From Pseudoalteromonas tetraodonis (GTDB taxonomy: Bacteria > Pseudomonadota > Gammaproteobacteria > Enterobacterales > Alteromonadaceae): a DNA stretch of 32,000 bases. The stretch lies in contig NZ_CP011042.1 of the NCBI RefSeq assembly GCF_002310835.1, forward strand, positions 270,001 to 302,000. Direction: 5' to 3'. The notes beneath the pieces were generated by a model that did no database searches, was not told the origin of the DNA, and saw nothing but the letters and a program-made list of their open reading frames with translations. The translations under genes and the position numbers were made by a program. The stretch's first letter is position 1. The number at the start of each line of letters is the position of its first letter. Below are positions 16,181 through 24,566 of the stretch, one piece after another.

Positions 16181-17347
16181 ATGAATACTTTAACTCCTAC
16201 ACAAGCTGTACAAGTTGCTTTGCTTGCTTATAAAGCAAAGAGTATTAAAAGTACCACGTTACTTAATAATTCTTTGCATCCTTCTCTGCGAGGTAGCTTT
16301 AACTTTGGGGTTAGCCCTGAAGCAGTACAAGGAATATCTGGTGGTTTTTTCTCTCATTTATTTGGTTTAAGCACTGGTTTTGGTTTGCTAGGACATGGCC
16401 AAGGGCTGTATCAAGGTGATTCAGTAATCACTATTCGCGGCACGGCCTCTCTTAGAGATGGCCTAACAGATGCACACTTTGGGTTAAGCGGTGGCTCTAA
16501 TGGCAGTATGGTACATGCTGGGTTTAATAAAACCTTTTATAGCATGAAGCCCGCTTTACAAGAGTTTGTAGCGGCTAACATTCGAGACAAAATAACCGGC
16601 TGTGTGCACATTGTTGGTCACAGTTTAGGTGGTGCATTGGCTACGCTTTCAGCCGATTGGATAAAAGCAGAGTATTCGTTACCCGTTAAATTATATACAT
16701 TTGGCTCGCCAAGAGTAGGGCTTGATAACTTTTCGCGCGCTGCTACTTCTCGTATTGATAAAATATACCGCTGTACACACGGTGCTGATCCGGTTACAAA
16801 AGTGCCTTTGTGGCCATTTTCACATGCGCCCTACAATGGCCAAGAAATTCGTCTTGATAACGGTCAAGGTCTTAAAGGCGCAGCCCACAAGTTAAGTGGT
16901 ACGCCAGGCTATGTTAATACCGCAAACAGTAATGACTGGGGCAATTTAACTGTAAAAGCAAACCACTTCTTAAGCACACCGGTACGTTTAAAGTTTGAAG
17001 ACAGAAACCAAGCTTCATTTAGTTCACACTGGGCAGATAAACTGGGCGCTGCGTTAGTTACCTTATTAAAAGATTCGGGTTACTACAGTGCTGTTGCGGC
17101 ACAAGCAGCCATAGGTACAGGCTTAACTTTTTACGATATGCTCGCGCGAACGCTTGATAAAATAGCCAAAGCGTCAGCCTCATTTGCAACGCAAACCTTA
17201 GGTTTACTCGGCCACATGCTAGTGTTTGCTGGCAAAGTTATTAGTAAAGCCGTAGAGCTGACTTACAGTTTTATTAAATCAGTATTTGATTCAACTCTAG
17301 GGGCATTATATCGTGCTGCACGAGAAGGCTTAAATGGTCTAGATTAA
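16181..17347 (+). CDS. Class-3 (Lipase_3) lipase without signal peptide; candidate T6SS Tle-like phospholipase effector
   Basis: The Lipase_3 blocks occur in order: ITIRGTASLRDGLTD, MVHAGFNKTF, HIVGHSLGGALATLSA (GxSxG), LYTFGSPRVGL, THGADPVTKVP. The N-terminus is hydrophilic. About 100 aa of Ala/Leu-rich helical tail follow. Confidence 0.8.
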   Translation: MNTLTPTQAVQVALLAYKAKSIKSTTLLNNSLHPSLRGSFNFGVSPEAVQGISGGFFSHLFGLSTGFGLLGHGQGLYQGDSVITIRGTASLRDGLTDAHFGLSGGSNGSMVHAGFNKTFYSMKPALQEFVAANIRDKITGCVHIVGHSLGGALATLSADWIKAEYSLPVKLYTFGSPRVGLDNFSRAATSRIDKIYRCTHGADPVTKVPLWPFSHAPYNGQEIRLDNGQGLKGAAHKLSGTPGYVNTANSNDWGNLTVKANHFLSTPVRLKFEDRNQASFSSHWADKLGAALVTLLKDSGYYSAVAAQAAIGTGLTFYDMLARTLDKIAKASASFATQTLGLLGHMLVFAGKVISKAVELTYSFIKSVFDSTLGALYRAAREGLNGLD

Positions 17348-17360
17348 TGTCTTATAAGCC

Positions 17361-17822
17361 TTAATCTCGCTCTAACAAAATGGCACCACTTTGGGTTTCA
17401 CCTAAGTGGTCGTCTTTGTTATAAATAGGGCACTTACTCATTGATAAACACCCACAGCCAATACAGCCATCAACCCGCTCACGTAGACGTTGCATGTAAG
17501 CAATGCGCTCATCAAGCTGTGCTTGCCATTGTTTTGAAAGTGCAGACCAGTCTTTTTGGGTAGGTGTGCGCTGCTCTGGTAACGTTGCCAGTGTTTGTTT
17601 AATTTCTTCCAGCGTGATCCCCATCGCTTGTGCCGCTTTTATAACTGCGACTCGCCTTAGTACATCTGGTTTAAAACGTCGTTGGTTGCCACTGTTTCGC
17701 CAACTGCGTATTAGCCCTTTAGTTTCGTAAAAGTGCAGTGTAGATACCTTAACGCCACTGCGTTTAGCGACAAACCCAACCGTTAAGTTGGCTTCAGTAA
17801 GCTTTTTTTGTACCGCCATCAC
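17361..17822 (-). CDS. soxR: SoxR, redox-sensing [2Fe-2S] MerR-family activator
   Basis: MerR-type HTH (VAKRSGVKVSTLHFYETKGLI), NSGNQRRF, and the diagnostic cluster CIGCGCLSMSKCPIYN. Confidence 0.93.
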   Translation of the reverse strand: MMAVQKKLTEANLTVGFVAKRSGVKVSTLHFYETKGLIRSWRNSGNQRRFKPDVLRRVAVIKAAQAMGITLEEIKQTLATLPEQRTPTQKDWSALSKQWQAQLDERIAYMQRLRERVDGCIGCGCLSMSKCPIYNKDDHLGETQSGAILLERD

Positions 17823-17855
17823 TTTAATTCCTTTTAAAAATTAAATTATTTCTTA

Positions 17856-17886
17856 TTGACCTGAACTTAACTTGAGGTTTTAAGCT
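17856..17886 (+). promoter_or_regulatory. SoxR-box promoter with 19-bp spacer
   Basis: The -35 TTGACC (17856-17861) is followed by a 19-bp spacer and then TAAGCT (17881-17886). The spacer carries the imperfect palindrome CCTGAACTTAACTTGAGG (17860-17877), which is close to the E. coli soxS operator CCTCAAGTTAACTTGAGG. Confidence 0.8.
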
Positions 17887-17917
17887 TTGCTCCATCATAA
17901 GAAAAGGAGCTAACCCA

Positions 17918-18382
17918 ATGCAAGAAAAATCAGCACACCATATCGCAATCATATATTCAAGTGGTCGTAAAAATGGCAACACTACCGCGCAAGTTAATGC
18001 CTATAGTAAGCAACAAAGCGGCATTGTTTTTTGCTTAGATGATTATGTTATTTCACCTTATCGCTACGATAAGCAGTATCACAATGATGATTTTTATAAT
18101 TTGTTTGAAGTGTTACTTCGCTACGAACATTGGGTGTTCTCATCTCCTGTGTACTGGTATAACACCACGCCACAAATGAAAGCATTTATGGACAGGATCA
18201 CAGATTACATGGATGATGAGGCGTTAAAACCGAAGCTTAGAACTTTACGTCAAAAGCAGTTTTCACTGCTGTCTAATGCCGCATCTCCCTCTGCGCCAGA
18301 CGCATTTATCGATATGTTTAAACATACCTTTAATTATTTAGGAATGACTTTTAAATCGCATTCACATATTCAGGCTAGTTAA
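17918..18382 (+). CDS. Flavodoxin-like NAD(P)H-dependent FMN reductase family protein
   Basis: IAIIYSSGRKNGNT and WVFSSPVYWYNTTPQMKAFMDRI are typical of this family. An RBS (aaggag) is present. It is divergent from soxR. Confidence 0.7.
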   Translation: MQEKSAHHIAIIYSSGRKNGNTTAQVNAYSKQQSGIVFCLDDYVISPYRYDKQYHNDDFYNLFEVLLRYEHWVFSSPVYWYNTTPQMKAFMDRITDYMDDEALKPKLRTLRQKQFSLLSNAASPSAPDAFIDMFKHTFNYLGMTFKSHSHIQAS

Positions 18383-18429
18383 TCACGTTAAATAGCGTTA
18401 GGCTAAACAAAAAGTAAAAAGGATGATGT

Positions 18430-18954
18430 ATGAAAACGTTACTTATTGGCTCAAGCTTACTTTTGGCTAGCTTTAGTACTCTTGCTGCAGAGCCTGCGCC
18501 TGTTATTAAAGACTATGGTTATTTTTATAATGTGCCCGAGAATGTGTCTGATTTAAGCCAAGCGCAGTTTAAGATAGCTTTTGATGTAGGTAAAGGCGCT
18601 GAAAAGGGCGCGCAAAATAATCATATTAATTCGTTAGCGCGATTTATTAATATGCATGTGGCTCACGGCGTAAAACCAGAAAATATTCAGCTTGCGCTGG
18701 TGGTACACGGTGGAGCCAGCGTTGATGTACTGCAAAACAGTGATTATAAAGCTCGGTTTGAAAAAGATAACAAAACCGAATCTTTAATTAAACAGCTGCT
18801 TGCTAATAACACGCAGGTATATGTATGCGGGCAGTCGGCAATGCATATGAAGGTAGCAGCAGATCAGCTTATACCTGGGGTGAAAATGGCGCTTTCTGCG
18901 ATGACTGCGCATGCGCAGTTACAGCAACAAGGCTATACATTGAATCCGTTTTAA
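18430..18954 (+). CDS. DsrE/DsrF-like family protein with signal peptide
   Basis: Signal peptide MKTLLIGSSLLLASFSTLAA. The layout LALVVHGGASVDVL ... VYVCGQSAMHMKV fits DsrE-like proteins. Confidence 0.55.
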   Translation: MKTLLIGSSLLLASFSTLAAEPAPVIKDYGYFYNVPENVSDLSQAQFKIAFDVGKGAEKGAQNNHINSLARFINMHVAHGVKPENIQLALVVHGGASVDVLQNSDYKARFEKDNKTESLIKQLLANNTQVYVCGQSAMHMKVAADQLIPGVKMALSAMTAHAQLQQQGYTLNPF

Positions 18955-19571
18955 TGAATATTCTGTGTTTTGGTGATTCCAATACCTTTGGTATTTCTCC
19001 TGTTGATGGCAAACGGCTGAGCGAAATTGAACGCTGGCCTACTTTATTAAAGCAGCAGTTGGGCACCGGCTTTGAAGTGATTGAAGCCGGGGAGCCTAAT
19101 CGTACTTTAGTCAATAACCCCCCGTTTATGGGAGATAAATCGGGCATTAAATATTTAAAACCGTATCTGGAAGCGCACACTGTTGATGTTGTTATTATTC
19201 AGCTTGGCACCAATGACTTAAAAGCACGTTTTGCACTGTTTGTTATCGATATTGGCAAAGCGCTTGAGGAGTTAATTTTAGCCATTAAAGCCTTTTATCA
19301 TTGTAAAACAATATCAAAGATAATCATTATAAGCCCGCCCAAGGTTCGTGAAGTGGGAAGTTATAAAAGCATTTACGCAGGTGCAGGTAAAAAAGCTGAA
19401 CAATTATCCATTGAGTTCAAAGCCGCCTCTGATCGTCACACGTGTGAATTTTTAGATTGTTATCCGCTGATAAAACCATGCAAGAAAGAGGGCATACACT
19501 TACCCGTTAGTGCGCATAGAGAGCTTGCTAATAGGTTGACACCTATAATAAAAAAAGCCGCCGTGTACTAA
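18954..19571 (+). CDS. SGNH/GDSL-family hydrolase (arylesterase-like)
   Basis: The ATG at 18954 overlaps the upstream TAA. Block I is ILCFGDSNTFG, block III is QLGTNDL, and a C-terminal GIHL...H follows. The longer start at 18825 would overlap the DsrE-like gene by 130 nt. Confidence 0.8.
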   Translation: MNILCFGDSNTFGISPVDGKRLSEIERWPTLLKQQLGTGFEVIEAGEPNRTLVNNPPFMGDKSGIKYLKPYLEAHTVDVVIIQLGTNDLKARFALFVIDIGKALEELILAIKAFYHCKTISKIIIISPPKVREVGSYKSIYAGAGKKAEQLSIEFKAASDRHTCEFLDCYPLIKPCKKEGIHLPVSAHRELANRLTPIIKKAAVY

Positions 19572-19606
19572 ACACCGCGACTTTAATTTATTGCTTAGGG
19601 AGTGTA

Positions 19607-21855
19607 TTAAAATGCGTAACTAACACTTAAGCGTGTTGTACGCGGCATAATGTAACGGCCATTGGGGGCGTCGGCATTGCGTGGGTCGCCTTCAGTGATG
19701 CCTTGCTCGTCGGTTAGGTTATCTATGGCTAATTGCAGTTTAATGCCTTCCATTGGTTCAATAATTAAACCTAAGTCTACTTTTTCGTAGCCATCAAGTG
19801 TCACGGTGTTTTCGTTATTACCAAAGCGGTCATCCACCGCTGAAATTGTTCCATATAAAGTGGCATACATGCCGTCTACTTCAAAGTCATAGCTTGGTGT
19901 TACACGTACTTGCCATTTAGGCTGGCGCTGTGCTTCATTGCCTTTATTTTCTGGACTTTCAGTGATTTCGGTTTGTTGTAATGTGGTATTTAAATTAACA
20001 GAAAAGCCAGATTCATGATTAAAGTTGTAATCAAGTTCAACACCATACGCTTCGTTGGTTAAAATTTCAGCCGGCACACCCGGGCGACTTACAAAGGTAT
20101 CGCCTTTTACTTCATTGACAAAAAAGGTGGCGTAGAAGTCGGTAGAGTCTGAAATAAGCTTGTAACCTAGTTCGCCCTGCGTTACTTCTTTAATGAGTTT
20201 TTCACCCCCTTGGTATGCGCCAAAGTTATCTCTAAAGTCATCAAAATATGGCATTTTATAACCACGGTTAACACGTGCAAACACGCCCATGTCGTCATTA
20301 ATTGAATAGTTTAAACCGGTTGTCCATGAGGTTTTACTTTCATCGTAATCAACAGTTTTAGTGATAATACCGTCAAGGTCTTCATCAACACTGTACTGCA
20401 CATCATGGTTTTCTTTACGTACACCTAAATCAAGCGTAAATGCATCTGCAAATTTATATTGGCTTGTAAAGTAAAGGGCATTGGTGCGTGCATCGCCTGT
20501 TGAGCTAATATCGTAATTAAAACCACACCCGTCAGTGTTTTGGTTACATTCAATACCATTTAATAACTCACCACCAGCTTCCAGCACATGATACGCGGTA
20601 TTACCTAAGCTCCACCAATCGCTCGCAGATGTGCTTGCTGTGTAATAACCAAAAGTGGCTGATAAGTCACCAAATTGTTTTGAAAAAGCTAAGTCGTTAG
20701 TAAACGAGCTTATTTCTTTTAATACTACCCAGCGACCCAGTTGCTGAATCGCAGTGTCACTAGCATATTCGGTGTTAGTTACCGCACCGAATGCCGTTTG
20801 GCCATTGTCGGCCACTTCACCAACGGTTGTTGCTGAACCATTGGGTACTAGGCCAAATGTATTGGCATCGCCTTTGGTAATATTGAAGCGATCAATAAAT
20901 TGCCAGCCATTATCAAATTCAAGTTTAATACTACCGCCGGATACATGGCCATCCCATCCTCGGCCATCACCTAGGTCAATGTCGTGTGGTTGCGCATTTG
21001 GGCCGGTAAAAATCGTCGCTTGACGGTTAAGTGTGCCAAGTTGGGTATATTCAGCATCAATGCCATTAACATTGAGTGGTGTTGGTAGGTACCATGCGCC
21101 ATGATCGTCTGTTTGACGGGTATAAAAGTTAAGCTCGCCATTGTCTAACTCTTTAGTAATGTTAATTGTAAATTGGCTGCCTTTTTCAGAAGTAAAGCCT
21201 GCATCACGGATACCAGGAGAGCTTTTAACATAGCCGCCTACCATAAAATATAGGTCGTCGGTGATTTCACCACTTACTACAGCATCAACCCGTTGTAAGT
21301 CGTAATCTGAGGTGGTGTATTTAAATAAGCCTTGAGTATCTTCACTGCCACGTTTTAATCTAAAGTTGGTTGTTAAACCAGGCTGACCATTGGATAGCAC
21401 AGGATTAGGACCACCACGCAGTGCTTCCATTGTTTCGATCGTTTCATCGATTCTAAATAACGATGAGTTTTCTAAAAATGAAAGAGTAGGCGCAGGGTAA
21501 ACTGGCGAGCCTTCAATACTGAGTGTTAAAAATGGCGCATCACCACCTCCTGGAAACCCACGCACAAATACGTTGGCACCAGACTCACCGCCAGAGCTTT
21601 CAACCCACACACCGGGAACGGCTTTAAATAAGTCAGCAGTACTTTTAGGTGATAATTTTATAATTTGTGATGAATCAATATTTGTTACAGCGTAGCTGGC
21701 ATCAATCTTTCTGATCCCAACACCTGCGGGTGTACCAGAAACGCAATTCGCTCAACTTTTTTTTCTTTTGCTTGTTCTGCTGCAAGAGCAGCGTGTGTGC
21801 TTAGGGCTAAAGTAATTGCACAGGCTAGCATGCTTTTTGTTTTATTGAATTTCAT
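19607..21855 (-). pseudogene. TonB-dependent outer-membrane receptor interrupted by a frameshift near its 5' end (or a sequencing error)
   Basis: The ATG at 21855 gives MKFNKTKSMLACAITLALSTHAALAAEQAKEKKVERIA..., which stops at 21685-21687. The main frame (19607-21610 and upstream) reads ..SGTPAGVGIRKIDASYAVTNIDSSQIIKLSPKSTADLFKAVPGVWVESSGG. The two frames are offset by 245 nt, which is not a multiple of 3. The C-terminus is ...SVSYAF. Confidence 0.7.
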
Positions 21856-21957
21856 GTGTGAGATTCCGTTTTTAGTGTGTTAAACAGTGTGTATTACAGC
21901 GAGATTGATTAAATTTTAATGTAAACAGGCTGTATAAATTGAAACTCTAGAGATAAA

Positions 21958-21971
21958 TGCAAACGTTTGCA
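21958..21971. promoter_or_regulatory. LacI-family operator, perfect palindrome
   Basis: TGCAAACGTTTGCA lies in the divergent region between the TonB-dependent receptor and the LacI-type regulator. Confidence 0.7.
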
Positions 21972-22135
21972 ATATTTATTTGTAAATTATTTATTAATAA
22001 GGGCTGTTGTTTTATTGAGCGTAATTACACAAGAGCGTAATTTTTAAGTTAATGGGCAAGCCAGTAAAAAATAATAATGCTATATTGTCAGTAAGTTAGA
22101 TATAGCAACAGCCGCAGTGGAGCGTTTAGGGTTTT

Positions 22136-23143
22136 ATGAATAATAAAAAAATTAAATTAGCTGATTTAGCAAAGCTTGCTGGGGTGTCTACCTCAACGGT
22201 TTCGCGCGCGCTGAATAATAACCCGCTCATTAAGCAAGAAACCCGCGACAAGCTTCAGCAGCTTGCAAAAAAACATAATTTTAGCCTTAACACGGCGGCT
22301 AGCCGTTTGCGTACGCAAAAGACCAATGTTGTTGCCGTCATTATTAATCTTGATGAGCAAACCGAGCAATCAATCAGCGATCCATTTTTACTCAAGGTAG
22401 TGAGCGAAATTAACCTTGCGCTTAATCAACAGGGGTTAGAGTTGTTGTTATCTAACTCTATTATGGCGCAAGATGACTGGGCTAATTACTTTATTAATGG
22501 CCGCCGAGCAGATGGCATTATTGTTGTGGGGCAAGGAAAAAACCAAACTAATATAGAAGCGGCTGCCGATGCAGGTATTCCTTTAGTTGTATGGGGGGAT
22601 CCAAAAACACAAAGCAATTATCCTATTGTCGGCAGCGATAACTACTTAGGAGGAATGCAAGCGACCGCTCATTTAATAGAACACGGTGCTAAAAATATTT
22701 TATTTTTAGGCGATCCTGAGCATGGTGAAATTAGTGAAAGGCATCGTGGTTACGCTGCTGCACTTTCTACCCATAAACTTGAGCAGCATGTTATATCCAT
22801 TGATCTTACCAGTCGCTCTGCGTATCAAGCAATTAATCAATTATTACGTGAAAAAGGGTTGTATTTTGACGCGATTATGGCCTGTAGTGACATGGTTGCA
22901 CTGGGGGCGATGAAAGCGCTGAAAGAGCGCTACGTGAGTATTCCCAACGATGTGGCTCTGGTTGGATTTGATGACATTGCCATGGCTGATATCAGCCATC
23001 CTTCACTTTCTACAATTAAACAAAACACCCAATTTGCTGCGACTTTGTTAGTTAAAAAGTTAATACAACAGTTTTCAGGTGAAAAAGTCGAATCACAAGT
23101 TATTGATATAGAGTTAATTACTCGCCAATCAAGCAAACGTTAA
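22136..23143 (+). CDS. LacI-family transcriptional regulator (probable trehalose-locus repressor)
   Basis: N-terminal HTH KLADLAKLAGVSTSTVSRALNN, followed by a periplasmic-binding-protein-like sugar-binding core (VGFDDIAMADISHPSLSTI). Confidence 0.88.
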   Translation: MNNKKIKLADLAKLAGVSTSTVSRALNNNPLIKQETRDKLQQLAKKHNFSLNTAASRLRTQKTNVVAVIINLDEQTEQSISDPFLLKVVSEINLALNQQGLELLLSNSIMAQDDWANYFINGRRADGIIVVGQGKNQTNIEAAADAGIPLVVWGDPKTQSNYPIVGSDNYLGGMQATAHLIEHGAKNILFLGDPEHGEISERHRGYAAALSTHKLEQHVISIDLTSRSAYQAINQLLREKGLYFDAIMACSDMVALGAMKALKERYVSIPNDVALVGFDDIAMADISHPSLSTIKQNTQFAATLLVKKLIQQFSGEKVESQVIDIELITRQSSKR

Positions 23144-23179
23144 TCTAGTATGCATGTATATTAATTGTTAAATTTAAAA

Positions 23180-23193
23180 TGCAAACGATTGCA
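23180..23193. promoter_or_regulatory. LacI-family operator, second copy (13/14 identical to the 21958 site)
   Basis: TGCAAACGATTGCA lies upstream of the MFS transporter-trehalase genes. Confidence 0.65.
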
Positions 23194-23312
23194 ATGATAT
23201 TTATTCTACTCTAAACTCAGGATTCACTGACTAACACACACGGTAATTTACCAGTTATGGGTAATTTGCTTTATAAACGTTATGGCGTATGTCGCTATAA
23301 ACGAGGCACGCA

Positions 23313-24551
23313 ATGAGTAAAATAAAAATCACACTGGCAATTGCTGCAAGCTATTTTATTTTCGCAATTTTATTAAATAGCGTAGGCACTGTTATTTTGC
23401 AGGCTATAAACACATTAGGGGTAAGCAAAACAGAAGCGTCGGTTTTAGAGGGGTTTAAAGACTTATCAATTGCAATAATGTCATTTGTTGTTGCTTCATT
23501 TATACCACGTTTAGGCTACAAGCTTGCAATGCTGCTAGCACTGATAGTTGTCGCTATAGCGTGTTTGAGTACGGCTGTAATAAGTGACTTTTACATGTTT
23601 AAAGTGTTATTTGCTGCTGTGGGTTGTGGTTTTGCGGTCGTTAAGGTGTCGGTTTATTCAATTATTGGCCAAGTGACTGAGGATGCAAATAGTCACTCAT
23701 CATTACTGAACACCATAGAAGGCATTTTTATGGTGGGTGTATTAAGTGGCTATTGGGTATTCACCGCATTTATAGACCCTGTTGATAGCAATGCCTGGTT
23801 GAACGTTTATTACGTATTAGCAGCGCTTACGCTTTTGGTGATTATCAGTGTCGTAATAGCACCAATAAAGCCTGCTATCAAAGGTCAAAAAAGCAACTCG
23901 GGTTGGAGTGACTTTATTGCTATGCTCAAACTTACCTATCAACCGTTAGTGCTGATTTTTATTATTAGTGCATTTTTGTATGTGTTAATCGAGCAAGGGG
24001 TAGGGACTTGGTTGCCTACATTTAATAATCAAGTTTTGCAATTACCAGTAGCTATTAGTATTCAACTAGCGAGTATTTTTGCCGCAGCTCTTGCTTTAGG
24101 GCGTTTAGTGGCGGGCCAAGTATTAAAGCATATTCATTGGTTTGTAGTACTTAGCTGTTGTTTAGTTGCTATGGCTGCATTGATCATTATTACCTTACCA
24201 CTAACGGAAAACTTACCTAAAAGCGAGGTGAATAGTTTATTTGATGCGCCTCTGGCGGCGTTTGTTTTGCCATTAATTGGCTTTTTTATGGCACCCATTT
24301 ATCCGGTACTCAACTCAGTCATGCTCAGTGCGCTTCAAAAGCATCAACATGCTGCAATGACAGGGTTAATCGTTGTGTTTTCAGCACTTGGTGGCACCAC
24401 AGGGTCGGTGATAACCGGGTATGTATTTGAGCACTTTAGTGGCCAGCATGCTTTTTATCTTTCACTTGTGCCCATTAGTTTAATTTTTATTAGCGTGATT
24501 ATTTTTAAAAAACGCACCCATGCCATTTCACAACACGCAGTCAATAGTTAA
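23313..24551 (+). CDS. MFS transporter (probable sugar/trehalose importer)
   Basis: 412 aa with about 12 hydrophobic segments. It is co-oriented with and adjacent to the trehalase gene. Confidence 0.75.
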   Translation: MSKIKITLAIAASYFIFAILLNSVGTVILQAINTLGVSKTEASVLEGFKDLSIAIMSFVVASFIPRLGYKLAMLLALIVVAIACLSTAVISDFYMFKVLFAAVGCGFAVVKVSVYSIIGQVTEDANSHSSLLNTIEGIFMVGVLSGYWVFTAFIDPVDSNAWLNVYYVLAALTLLVIISVVIAPIKPAIKGQKSNSGWSDFIAMLKLTYQPLVLIFIISAFLYVLIEQGVGTWLPTFNNQVLQLPVAISIQLASIFAAALALGRLVAGQVLKHIHWFVVLSCCLVAMAALIIITLPLTENLPKSEVNSLFDAPLAAFVLPLIGFFMAPIYPVLNSVMLSALQKHQHAAMTGLIVVFSALGGTTGSVITGYVFEHFSGQHAFYLSLVPISLIFISVIIFKKRTHAISQHAVNS

Positions 24552-24566
24552 TAGATTAGGACAGTT

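Noticed and set aside
16181-17347. Search for known T6SS effector markers (a MIX-type hRxGhhYhh motif, an N-terminal PAAR) in the lipase
   Set aside because: None was seen by eye, so the effector hypothesis rests on context only and is scored accordingly.
18825-18953. N-terminal extension of the SGNH hydrolase ORF overlapping the DsrE-like gene
   Set aside because: The extension would overlap 130 nt of a gene in another frame. The GDS(N) block sits right after the ATG at 18954, which overlaps the upstream stop in a typical coupled arrangement.
20754-21023. 89-aa plus-strand ORF inside the TonB-dependent receptor, and similar shadow ORFs (22722-22913, 22930-23136, 25930-26115, 28959-29183, 30476-30736, 31094-31291)
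   Set aside because: All are embedded in, or antisense to, confidently assigned genes, and none has independent support.
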